Shown: positions 36,442 through 46,125 of the stretch, piece after piece
How the letters are laid out: every line of letters starts with the position of its first letter
Numbering within the stretch: the stretch's first letter is position 1
Assembly: GCA_050951325.1 (NCBI GenBank)
Contig: JBMNIW010000007.1
Span: 42,113 to 106,112, forward strand
DNA: 64,000 nt
Direction: 5' to 3'
Source: Clostridia bacterium
GTDB lineage: Bacteria; Bacillota; Clostridia; UBA1212; DUPL01
Notes under the pieces: generated by a model
The model's database searches: none
Told to the model about the DNA's origin: nothing
The model's input: the letters and a program-made list of their open reading frames with translations, nothing else
Translations under genes and position numbers: made by a program

Positions 36442-37801
36442 GAATTTCGCTTTATTGATTTATTAATATTCCGATTACTCTTACAAATACGCTTTACATA
36501 ATCTCTCATTTAAAAAAAGTGTCTCCGACACATCAGCTCCCCTAGCCCCTCAATCTTGAGGGGAACTATGGTGTTTCTTTTTTTTACTGTTTGTCTTATA
36601 ATAACAACATGAACATATTGCAAGAAATATTTAAAGATAACTTTGAGCAGATGTTATATTTATTGAAACCACGGAAAACAGTGGTTGAAAATGTAGAAAA
36701 GATGATACATTGCGGTGACCCATTGTATGGCGGTGCCATGTACGGTTGTTCAGATTGTGGCAGATTTAAGTTTGTTCCTTTCAGATGTCATAGCAGGTTC
36801 TGCCCCACCTGTGGAATCAAATATACAATGGACCGTACAACTGCAATGTCTTTTAAAATCGTTAATGCTCATCATCGACATGTCGTCTTTACAATTGCAG
36901 AGGAACTTCGAGATTATTTCCTTGAAGATCGCGACCTTCTCAATTGTCTTTTCTCCGCAGTCAATCAAGTAGTGCATAGATTATTTTATAAAGATAATAA
37001 GTCTGAGTGCTTTACGCCCGGTTTTATTTGTGTTCTTCATACATTTGGTAGAGATCTGAAATGGAATCCTCATATACATTGCCTGGTATCAGAAGGCGGT
37101 TTGGGTAATAGCGGTACCTGGAGGAAGAAAACTCATTTCAACTACAAGTTCTTACGCTTTGCTTTTCAAACCGTATTACTGGATGAGTTGCACAAGCGCA
37201 TAGGAGACTCTTTCAAAAAAGTTAAAAGCTCCATATACAAAAATCAAGAGAATGGCTTTTATGTGTATGCTAAGCCTAACACATGCACACCAAAAACTGT
37301 TATACAGTATATAGGTCGTTATCTTGGAAGACCTGTAATTGCTACATCCCGTATTGATAATTATGACGGCGAAAAGGTTACTTTTCATTACAATCGCCAC
37401 GAAGATAACAAGCTGGTAACGGAAACAATTCCTGTCCTTGAATTCATAGCACGCCTTATTCAGCACATTCCTGAAAAACATTTTAAAATGATTCGTTATT
37501 ATGGCCTATATGCAAGACACCGCGAATCTGATAAAAAACTTATCCCAGCCATAAATCAAGAAAAACATAGATATTACCGTTCATTACTCAGATGGAGAAC
37601 ATGTATTTTAATCTCATTTGGGTATGATCCTCTCAAGTGCCCGGCCTGTTGTTTATTGCATAATATAATTCCCCGAAATTGCAAAGCAAAATTCCCCACT
37701 TTTGCAACGCAAAACTCCCCATAATTGCAAAAGGCCATTGCAGGCACCACACCAATAAATTATCCTTGTGTTTGTGGATAAATACAAGGAGGTAATGGAG
37801 G

Positions 37802-39310
37802 ATGCTAACAATGACCCAAGTAAAGAATATCAGAAAAATGTATTTTGAGGAAGGGAAAAATATTAGTCAAATTTCCAGTGAAACAGGACATTGCCGGAAA
37901 ACTGTAAGAGGATATCTAAGCAAAGAAGATTGGAATGAGGAAATACCAAAAGTAAAAAAGAAAAATAACTATCCAAAACTTGAGCAATTCAAACCATTAA
38001 TCGATACATGGCTTTATGAAGATAAGAAAGCCAAACGTAAACAAAGGCATACTGCCAAACACATATATAAACGTTTACAAGAAGAATGTAATGGTTTCAA
38101 CTGCTCCTATAGAACTGTTGCAAGTTATGTTTCTCAAAAGAAAAAGGAGATTTTTAGTACAAAGAACGCATATCTACCTTTGGAGCATATTCCAGGAGAA
38201 GCACAAGTAGACTTTGGAAGTGCTGACTTTTATGAAAATGGGAAGCTATATAGCGGCAAGTACCTGAATCTGTCATTCCCGTATAGCAATAAAGGATATC
38301 TCCAGTTATTCAAGGGAGAAAACCAGGAATGCCTGTTTGAGGGTTTGAAAACGATATTTGAGCATATAGGAGGTGTACCAACCAGGATATGGTTTGATAA
38401 TACAAGCACTATTGTTACCAAGGTGATTAAGGGAGGAGCTCGGAATCTGACAGATGACTTTTTGCGTTTTAAAGAACATTACCGTTTTGAGGCAGCCTTT
38501 TGCAATGTTGAGGCTGGTCATGAAAAAGGGAATGTTGAAAACAAAGTAGGCTATCATAGACGCAACCTTCTTGTCCCTGTGCCGAAATTCCAGAGTCTGA
38601 TAGACTTCAATAAAGAACTTCTGCAGAAGTGCGAGAGTGATGCCAAAAGAGAACATTACCGAAAGGAAGGGACTATTGAAGAGCTGTATAAAGCAGATTC
38701 TGAATCTCTTTTAGAACTACCGGCGACACCTTTTGATACAAGCAAATACATAACGTTGAAAACCAACGGATATGCCAAGTTTGTGCTTAACAATGGCATG
38801 CATGAATATTCTGTAGCACCCAAATATGCAAATGAGCATGTATTGGTAAGGTTGACAGCCTTTAATGTAATAGTTCTTGACGAATGCTATCGTGAAATAG
38901 TGCGTCATGACAGACTTTATGGCGATAGCAAACAGCAAAGTATGCAGTGGGTGCCATATCTTGAACAGTTGTCAAGGCGACCAGGTGCATTGAAGTATAC
39001 AGGAGTATACCAAATGCTACCACAACCATTAAGTGAATATATGGAATGCTTAAACAAGAGGGATAGAGGGAATGTGCTAATGGTTATAGCAAGGCTGACA
39101 CAAAAAGGTAGTTTTGAACAAGCTGTTGGTACTGTATGTGCAGCATTGCAGCATGGTGTTACTGATGTAGACAGCCTTTTAAGTTTGCACCGACGACTTT
39201 ATGAGAATATACCTCAGATTGAGCCTGTGCAACTTCCAGAGCATATTCCACAATTGAGAAGGTATGAACCTGATCTTACTGCTTATGATAAAAACTTAGG
39301 AGGGAGGTGA
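37802..39310 (+). CDS. istA: IS21 transposase
   Basis: N-terminal HTH; EAQVDFG, WFDN, GHEKGNVENKVG. Confidence 0.93.
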   Translation: MLTMTQVKNIRKMYFEEGKNISQISSETGHCRKTVRGYLSKEDWNEEIPKVKKKNNYPKLEQFKPLIDTWLYEDKKAKRKQRHTAKHIYKRLQEECNGFNCSYRTVASYVSQKKKEIFSTKNAYLPLEHIPGEAQVDFGSADFYENGKLYSGKYLNLSFPYSNKGYLQLFKGENQECLFEGLKTIFEHIGGVPTRIWFDNTSTIVTKVIKGGARNLTDDFLRFKEHYRFEAAFCNVEAGHEKGNVENKVGYHRRNLLVPVPKFQSLIDFNKELLQKCESDAKREHYRKEGTIEELYKADSESLLELPATPFDTSKYITLKTNGYAKFVLNNGMHEYSVAPKYANEHVLVRLTAFNVIVLDECYREIVRHDRLYGDSKQQSMQWVPYLEQLSRRPGALKYTGVYQMLPQPLSEYMECLNKRDRGNVLMVIARLTQKGSFEQAVGTVCAALQHGVTDVDSLLSLHRRLYENIPQIEPVQLPEHIPQLRRYEPDLTAYDKNLGGR

Positions 39311-40041
39311 TAAATATGCTAACAGCTGATATTGCAGCATGTTGTAAGACTCTTCGTTTAAGTCGCAATATCGTGGATATGTCGGATAAGATTCAGGCGG
39401 ACAGTCATCAGGAATATCTGCTTAAATTGCTTCAATCAGAAATCTCACATCGTGATATAGTGAGAAAAAATAAACGAATAAACAAAGCTGGATTTTATAC
39501 TATTAAGACATTTGAAAGCTTTAGGTTTGACGAAGTGACACTTCCTAGTGGAATTACTCCTGAGTACCTAAGAGAGTGTGAGTTTATCAAAAACAAAACC
39601 AATATCGTCATGTATGGCAATGTTGGAACAGGCAAAACTCATCTTTCAATAGCATTGGGTGTTGAGGCCTGTAAAAGAGGATTTGAGGTAGCTTTTTTCA
39701 GGACTACTGCACTTGTTAACAAGCTGGCAGAGCACAAGAAAGCAGGGACCTTATCCACTTTCCTTAAAAAACTAAGCAAAGCAGACCTGCTGATCTGTGA
39801 TGAGTGGGGATACGTCCCACTCGACCGGATCGGGGCGCAACTTCTCTTTGAGGTAATATCAGAGCGATACGAAAACAAGTCAGTAATTATTAATACCAAC
39901 ATTGAGTTTTCAAGGTGGGTAAACATACTTTACGATGAGCAAATGACAGGTGCAATAATAGATCGAATTCTACATCATTGTCACTTGCTTTTATTCTCTG
40001 GTCAAAGCCACAGGATGCGTGAAGCAAGACTTGGCCATTGA
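39307..40041 (+). CDS. istB: IS21 helper ATPase
   Basis: Walker A GNVGTGKT, LLICDEWGY, AIIDRILHH. Confidence 0.93.
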   Translation: MINMLTADIAACCKTLRLSRNIVDMSDKIQADSHQEYLLKLLQSEISHRDIVRKNKRINKAGFYTIKTFESFRFDEVTLPSGITPEYLRECEFIKNKTNIVMYGNVGTGKTHLSIALGVEACKRGFEVAFFRTTALVNKLAEHKKAGTLSTFLKKLSKADLLICDEWGYVPLDRIGAQLLFEVISERYENKSVIINTNIEFSRWVNILYDEQMTGAIIDRILHHCHLLLFSGQSHRMREARLGH

Positions 40042-40328
40042 AAACTTAGTAAAAAGGTTGCGGGGAAACCATAAAAATTCCCCACCCGGTGCCTGGGGAA
40101 AAATTTTTGCAAAACTGGGGAATTTACTATTGCAAAAAACACCTGTGGAAAAACAATGACACTTTTAAAGCTCTATTACAGGCTACAGCGTGTTCCTCTG
40201 GATGAAATGTATAGAAAGGTAATCGCAAAAGCCAAGCGTTGTCGTTCACCTGACAAATGATGTCAGTCCTTTTAAAACTCCTCCACATATGTTACTATAC
40301 ACAAAAACGGAGGTTCGGAGGTTCTATT

Positions 40329-40505
40329 ATGAACAATCATACAGAGGAACTCAGAAAAAAATATATTGAAAATCCACCTGAAGGCTTAACTGCTGAAGAC
40401 ATTAAAAAAATGAGTGATGACGACCTTTTGGATATGGATTTCTTTCTACACGAAGATGATGGTCTGGAAGATGATATCGAGGATGACGGATTTTTTATCT
40501 TCTAG
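40329..40505 (+). CDS. Small acidic protein (58 aa) inside the IS91-family element
   Basis: ATG after GGAGG; lies between the transposase stop and the oriIS-like end. Confidence 0.6.
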   Translation: MNNHTEELRKKYIENPPEGLTAEDIKKMSDDDLLDMDFFLHEDDGLEDDIEDDGFFIF

Positions 40506-40595
40506 TCAAAACTCACCCCTTAATGTATATATTTTACATTTTTTCTTCTTTCTTCCTTATGCCGATATAGAGCAATTTCCTATAACAATAACAAA

Positions 40596-40632
40596 AAAAC
40601 ACCAAGGAGTTATTTCTGCTCCTTGGTGTTTT
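40596..40632 (-). terminator. Intrinsic terminator overlapping the P-II gene stop
   Basis: AAAACACCAAGGAG-N9-CTCCTTGGTGTTTT stem with a T-run on the minus strand. Confidence 0.7.
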
Positions 40633-41308
40633 CTATTAAACCTATGGCTTCGCTAACCGGCAGCGAAAAACAAATCCCTCTGCCTTCCTTGTTAAGTCCA
40701 GCTTCCTTGGTTATGCTTTGCATGATTTCTGTCTTCTTGTCATTTGGCGCAATTATTAAGACAATGTCCTTTTCAGGTTGTATGGTAATTCCTAAAAATT
40801 TCTCCGCTTCCTTGGAACCTAAACCTCGGGCGTGAACCAAAGTGCCTCCGGAAGCTCCCGCCTTCTTTGCAGATTCCATAACCATGTCAAAATGACCCGA
40901 CTCTACAATTGTAATCAACAAACTATAATCTACACTTGCCTCCATTTCATCAGCCTCACTTTCCGATTCAATGTTCATATCACAGTTCTTGTACAAATTA
41001 TGCATATGGGAACTTACACTATTCATACCAATGGTAAAAGCAATGCCTGTTCCTTTCTTGTCAAAATTAAGTTTTTTACCAAACTCATTCAGCATCATTA
41101 ATGATGCTTGGTCCTTTACAATACTGACAGCCACTATTTTCTTAGGACTTCCAAACCCCAATATGTCATAAATCTCACTCTTGGCAGATCCGTAACCGTG
41201 ACTAATAAAACTAATGGGTATGTTGAGCTTCTTAAGCAAATCACGGAATGTATTTGCATAGGAATAGTCAACTATAGTTACCAGGGCTTTTAGCCTATCC
41301 TCTCTCAT
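40610..41308 (-). CDS. Tandem-domain P-II family regulator
   Basis: Two P-II-like repeats (GYGSA...GTGIAFTI; AGASGGTLVHARG...GRGICFSLPV); follows DUF1538. Confidence 0.8.
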   Translation of the reverse strand: MREDRLKALVTIVDYSYANTFRDLLKKLNIPISFISHGYGSAKSEIYDILGFGSPKKIVAVSIVKDQASLMMLNEFGKKLNFDKKGTGIAFTIGMNSVSSHMHNLYKNCDMNIESESEADEMEASVDYSLLITIVESGHFDMVMESAKKAGASGGTLVHARGLGSKEAEKFLGITIQPEKDIVLIIAPNDKKTEIMQSITKEAGLNKEGRGICFSLPVSEAIGLIENTKEQK

Positions 41309-41340
41309 AACAAGACCTCCAATTCACACCTATTATACTA

Positions 41341-42858
41341 CTAATCTTCCTGCTCATCATCATAATCGATAATACTGTCGTCAACTTGTGCAATTGCACT
41401 CTTCTTCAAAGCAAATCTCATCTTTATTGCATAAATTATACCAAATATCTGCATAGTTACAACAGGCATAAGTGCAATAACCGCAACAACGCCAAAAGCA
41501 TCTGTAAAAATGTTGCCACCCAGTCCCTCGCACACACCTATTGCAAACGGAAGTATAAACGTTGCAGCAAGAGGTCCTGATGCGACAGCTCCCGAGTCAA
41601 AGCTGATTGCAGTAAAAAGAGGAGGCACAAAAAACGACATCACAAGAGCAAAAATATATCCTGGTATTACAATATATAGAATTGAGAATCCTTTAATAAT
41701 TCTTAAGACGGACAATCCAACACTCAAAGCAACACCAATTGAAAGCCCCATTCCAAGGGCTCTTCCCGATATTGCACCGTCAGTTACATTTTCCACCTGC
41801 TCCTTTAGTACAAACACCGCAGGTTCCGCAGAAACCACAAAGAATCCCATTGCAAGCCCAATTATTACTATTGCAAGGAGCGACACATTTTCCGTAAGAC
41901 TAACACCAATTAAATAGCCTGTTGGCATAAAACCAATATTTGCAGATGCAAGAAACAAAACAAGACCAAGATAAGTATATATTGTTCCAACAGCTATTCT
42001 TAGAAGAGTCTTCTTGCTTAGCTTCAATCTAATAATCTGGAATATTACAAACAAAATCAATATGGGTGCAAGAGCTATTGCCACCTGTTTAAAATATTCA
42101 GGAAAGCCATTCAGATACAGATTGAAAATGTCTTTGCCGGACAACACATCAGGCACGCTCAAAACGCTTCCACCCTTGGGTTCAAACATGAATCCCAGAA
42201 TAAGCATTGTAAGGATGGGGCAAAGGAGGCACAGTGCGACAAGACCAAAGCTGTCGTCCTCAGTAGTTTTGTCTCCCCTTACAAAGGAAAGACCCAAACC
42301 AAGAGCCATTACAAAAGGCACCATTATGGGACCGGTGGTTACTCCCCCCGACTCAAAGGCAATGGAAACAATATTGGTGCTTGTAAAAGCGGAAAGAATA
42401 AAGGCAACAGCGTAAAACGCCATTAGAATATACGAAAGCTTTATCTGAAGCAGTATCCTCAGAAAAGCAATTACAACCGCAATCCCCACACCAATGGAAA
42501 CCGCCAAAATTATATACAAATCAGGTATTCCGCTTATCTGGGCAGCCAGAATGTGCAAATCAGGCTCTGCAACACAAATAAAAACACCAATAAGGAATGA
42601 GACAATAACAATCACAATAAGCCTTTTTGTTATAACCAGGGCAGAACCTACATTTTCACCAATCGGCATCAATGATATATCCACACCCAGATTAAACAGG
42701 GAGATACCTAAAATCATGAAGACAACACTTACGATAAATAGAATCATGTTGTATCTTGGCATCTCAATCATGGTTAGGTTTAACAAAACCACCAGCGCAA
42801 ATATTGTTACGACAGAAAGAAAAGACTCTTTCAACTTGGCAAACAAGAGTTTTCTCAA
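41341..42858 (-). CDS. DUF1538 family membrane protein (two repeats)
   Basis: AEPDL/AEPAV, AFESGGVTTGP/SFDSGAVASGP, DSFGLV/DAFGVV. Confidence 0.85.
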   Translation of the reverse strand: MRKLLFAKLKESFLSVVTIFALVVLLNLTMIEMPRYNMILFIVSVVFMILGISLFNLGVDISLMPIGENVGSALVITKRLIVIVIVSFLIGVFICVAEPDLHILAAQISGIPDLYIILAVSIGVGIAVVIAFLRILLQIKLSYILMAFYAVAFILSAFTSTNIVSIAFESGGVTTGPIMVPFVMALGLGLSFVRGDKTTEDDSFGLVALCLLCPILTMLILGFMFEPKGGSVLSVPDVLSGKDIFNLYLNGFPEYFKQVAIALAPILILFVIFQIIRLKLSKKTLLRIAVGTIYTYLGLVLFLASANIGFMPTGYLIGVSLTENVSLLAIVIIGLAMGFFVVSAEPAVFVLKEQVENVTDGAISGRALGMGLSIGVALSVGLSVLRIIKGFSILYIVIPGYIFALVMSFFVPPLFTAISFDSGAVASGPLAATFILPFAIGVCEGLGGNIFTDAFGVVAVIALMPVVTMQIFGIIYAIKMRFALKKSAIAQVDDSIIDYDDEQED

Positions 42859-42885
42859 TCAAAAATCAACCTTTCCAAATATATT

Positions 42886-43944
42886 TTAGTATACCTTCTT
42901 TCTTCTGCTCCGAAGAGCCATTTTAATAATTTCATCGGCCTCATACTCTGAAGGCACCCACAACTCATACATAACACCTTCAGGCTCTAAATTCTCTAAA
43001 AGAACAGGCAGCTCCATTGGCGTCACTGCCACATGTATCATCTTCCTTGCATCTTGTATCTTTTTAAGAATATCAATCCAATAGGAAGCGCTTGGCTGCC
43101 CGGCTCCATAAACCCATTGAATTCCATTAAGCTCTTCTATCTCAAGCAAAGCATCCAGATGTTTTAGAGCTCCCGGACCATCCAAATGAAAAAGAGCAGC
43201 ATCCAAAAACTTTATCTCTTCAACCAGTTCCGGCAACACAAACTCATCAAACATTTCCTGAGAAATCATGCAGCAGAAATCACAGGAAACCGGATACCAT
43301 AACCCCTCATGCCACACCCCCATCCAATTCGTACTGCCTGCTTGGTATTCTGTTATAAGTGTATGAAGCTCAGTCATTACTTTTTTGTATCCTTCGAACA
43401 TGTCAAAGGATGCCATCTTGACTTCATCCGGGTTGTCATACAATTCATAGCAAAGGTTTTCAGGACCTACCAGAGATACAATTCCGTCAAGACCCGAGTG
43501 TATGTCCGTTATACCTACCAAATAGTCACCTTTTGAATCCTCAAGCATCGATTTAGTCATTTCCAATATTTTTGCATAATATCCATGCTCTTCGAAAACA
43601 AGATTGGTTAAATCCACTTCCTTATGTACAGCCCAGCTGGTATCTGGAGAAAAATCAACATCCGCTCCATAAAAAGCACCAAATATGTCAGGACCCAAAT
43701 TGGGCCATGCCATTGGAAAAGATTCTCCGCCAAAATACGTGTTTTCCATATGTGCTCTGGACGCTTTAATAACGTACTCAGTATCAAGCCATCTATTTTG
43801 AAGTTTTTCAGGAACTTTAGGAAAATTTACTTTTGCATTATCTTTTGGTGCCTTTACGCTAATCAAAGGCCTGTCGTGATTTTCCATTGCCCAGTACTCG
43901 GAAAATCTTCTTTTTGTGTCTTCGAAATTGACTTTGTTAATCAT
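42886..43944 (-). CDS. Uroporphyrinogen decarboxylase/methyltransferase-fold protein
   Basis: CDFCCMISQEMFDEFVLP, FHLDGPGAL, IQWVYGAG. Confidence 0.7.
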   Translation of the reverse strand: MINKVNFEDTKRRFSEYWAMENHDRPLISVKAPKDNAKVNFPKVPEKLQNRWLDTEYVIKASRAHMENTYFGGESFPMAWPNLGPDIFGAFYGADVDFSPDTSWAVHKEVDLTNLVFEEHGYYAKILEMTKSMLEDSKGDYLVGITDIHSGLDGIVSLVGPENLCYELYDNPDEVKMASFDMFEGYKKVMTELHTLITEYQAGSTNWMGVWHEGLWYPVSCDFCCMISQEMFDEFVLPELVEEIKFLDAALFHLDGPGALKHLDALLEIEELNGIQWVYGAGQPSASYWIDILKKIQDARKMIHVAVTPMELPVLLENLEPEGVMYELWVPSEYEADEIIKMALRSRRKKVY

Positions 43945-44081
43945 ATTGATCACCCGGAATATGAGTAATAGGCACAAAGTATAGTATAGCATAATCGGGA
44001 GAATAAATAAAATCCCATTACCTTTACGCAACCCCCTTCGTTCTATATAATATACTAAACAAAGATGAAATGAGGTTCCAA

Positions 44082-45170
44082 ATGAAAGTTGTATATGTAG
44101 ACTCAAAAAAAGATCAAAAAATATATTTTTCCCTGTTCAAGAAAATATATAAAAACAACAACTATGCTAGAAATGCCAACAATTATATGCTAAAGCAAAT
44201 TTTCAAAGGGAAGACAGCCTTTTGCAAGGACAAATACATAAGAGGTATATACATACTTGAAAACAAGGATATTGTCATGCAGTGTGTCTTCATACATTCT
44301 GACAAACTGGATGCCCTTCAAATCGCATACTTTGAGGCATTGCCAGAAAAACATGGAGACTTTGACATGCTTATGAAAGAAGCAATTAAAATATGCAATG
44401 AAAGAAAGATTGGGAAAATAGTGGCGGGAATGAACGGACATGTAAACTACGGCCTTGGTTTCTTAATAGACTCTTTTGACAAGGACCCGGTCTTTGGCAC
44501 CCAGTACAACCCACCCTACTATAAATCATACTTTGAAAGATACAACATGAAGGAAATACGTCTATGCTCCTTTTACTGGGATATGAATCTTGTAAAAATG
44601 CAGAAATACACAAGAATTTATGAAAAACTAAGAAGCAGATACATAATTAAAGAATTCAACCCTAATAATCTGGACGAGGAAGCAAGACTGTACACATATT
44701 TGAACCATGTGTGCTTTAAAAACCACAGGTTTTACTACCCCAGCTCCTATGAAGAGGACAAGGTTCTAGTAAAAGAACTGCTTCTCCTATCTCCAAAGAA
44801 CTTCATCGTCTTTGCCTATGACGGAGCCAAACCGATAGGTTTTGTTCTTTGGTATCCTGATTTCAATCAGCTAATCAAGCCCGGGAGGAAAATAAATGTA
44901 TTGACACTGATAAAGATTCAACTATTCAAAAGAAGAATAACAAAAGTAAAGGTAGGAGAAATAGGTGTTATTCCTGAATACCATAATAAAGGGATACCGC
45001 TTCTTTTGCTTAAATACATTGCCGACAAGGTTAAAGACAAATATACATGCGGAGAGTCCTCATGGATACTTGAGGAAAACAAGTCCTCAAGACTTATGAC
45101 CAGCACCTTTGCGGATAAAGAGTATAAACATTATGCTGCATATGAAATGGATGTGAAGAATGAAGATTGA
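44082..45170 (+). CDS. GNAT-fold acyltransferase, YghO/bacterial ceramide synthase-like
   Basis: GFLIDSFD..PVF..YNPPYY, PDFNQLI, GVIPEYHNKGI, ESSWILEEN. Confidence 0.65.
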   Translation: MKVVYVDSKKDQKIYFSLFKKIYKNNNYARNANNYMLKQIFKGKTAFCKDKYIRGIYILENKDIVMQCVFIHSDKLDALQIAYFEALPEKHGDFDMLMKEAIKICNERKIGKIVAGMNGHVNYGLGFLIDSFDKDPVFGTQYNPPYYKSYFERYNMKEIRLCSFYWDMNLVKMQKYTRIYEKLRSRYIIKEFNPNNLDEEARLYTYLNHVCFKNHRFYYPSSYEEDKVLVKELLLLSPKNFIVFAYDGAKPIGFVLWYPDFNQLIKPGRKINVLTLIKIQLFKRRITKVKVGEIGVIPEYHNKGIPLLLLKYIADKVKDKYTCGESSWILEENKSSRLMTSTFADKEYKHYAAYEMDVKNED

Positions 45171-46122
45171 AACCTACAATACAATTTGTGATGTACCAGA
45201 CATACCATATGTAAAAGAGTTCAAGGATTTATTCCATGATCTTGAAAAGACAAACCCCTGCAGACAGAAATATCATCTTCTTGTGGAAGTAGATGACTTT
45301 GCATTCTTTTGTGAATACAGACTTAATCTCAACATATTTACATACAACAAGCTAAAACTTAATTACCCGGTTAGGATAATTGGCATACCCGCATCTGTTG
45401 GAACGCAAGGTTTTTATGCAACAAGCGCTCATCTTAAGAAAAGGATGTACGAATACATTTCCACATTTAAAGGAGCCTCGCTTGTATTAAACACTTTTGA
45501 TAACGAAAGTATTGATGCTTTTGGTGCTGGACAGACGCTTCCTACCCATATTCTTTATGTTAAATGGAACACTCTCGATGAATACCTCTCCTCCATGAGA
45601 AGCAACTACAGATACAGACTTAAAAAGGCTTTGAGGAATAATATAAGTATAAGGAAAATTGACAACAAGGACTTTGATGACAAGTTATACTCACTATACC
45701 TTAATGTATACAAAAAGTCCTCATTCAAGCTGGAGAAACTGAGCAAAAGTTTTTTTCAGCAGTTTGGAGAAATAATTGTGCTTGAGGACAAAACTGCAAT
45801 TGCATTTATTCAGATTTACAAAAAGAACAGTACCATGTACTTTATGTTCTGCGGTATTGACTATGAATACAATAACGTACCGGATTTGTATTACATGATG
45901 CTGTTTGAGGTTATAAAACGAGGGATTAAGGAAAAAGTAGAAGTTATCGACCTTGGCCAAACCACATCGGATACCAAGACAAAACTGGGGGCTGTCATGG
46001 AAAAAAGATACATGCATGCAACCCACAGCAACAAACTTGTACGATCTCTTGTAATAAAACATATGGATAAACTATCATATAACGAAGAACATAAAAACTA
46101 CAATGTTATGAAATCGAGGTAG
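45160..46122 (+). CDS. GNAT (FemAB/Acetyltransf_6-like) protein
   Basis: LDEYLSSMRSNYRYRLKK, GIDYE..LYY, DLGQT...KTKLGA. Confidence 0.7.
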   Translation: MKIETYNTICDVPDIPYVKEFKDLFHDLEKTNPCRQKYHLLVEVDDFAFFCEYRLNLNIFTYNKLKLNYPVRIIGIPASVGTQGFYATSAHLKKRMYEYISTFKGASLVLNTFDNESIDAFGAGQTLPTHILYVKWNTLDEYLSSMRSNYRYRLKKALRNNISIRKIDNKDFDDKLYSLYLNVYKKSSFKLEKLSKSFFQQFGEIIVLEDKTAIAFIQIYKKNSTMYFMFCGIDYEYNNVPDLYYMMLFEVIKRGIKEKVEVIDLGQTTSDTKTKLGAVMEKRYMHATHSNKLVRSLVIKHMDKLSYNEEHKNYNVMKSR

Positions 46123-46125
46123 ATT

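Larger units (their letters stand above)
37650..40141 (+). mobile_element. IS21 family insertion sequence
   Basis: TG...CA ends; 25-bp IRs matching at 19/25; internal TTGCA..AATTCCCC repeats; TSD CCTGT at 37645-37649 and 40142-40146. Confidence 0.95.
36609..40260 (+). pseudogene. IS91-family transposase split by IS21 (36609..37649 plus 40147..40260)
   Basis: CSDC/CHSRFCPTC zinc finger, HPHIH-type WNPHIHCL, YIGRY, IRYYG; removing IS21 restores CPACGKTM...SPDK*. Confidence 0.88.
36515..40585 (+). mobile_element. IS91-family rolling-circle element interrupted by IS21 (ends approximate)
   Basis: HUH/Y2 transposase; hairpins at 36519-36563; oriIS-like AATTTCCTATA at 40574-40584. Confidence 0.65.

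Noticed and set aside
37650-37735. Three spaced TTGCA..CCCC repeats as a mini-CRISPR
   Set aside because: Typical IS21 terminal repeats; no spacers or cas genes
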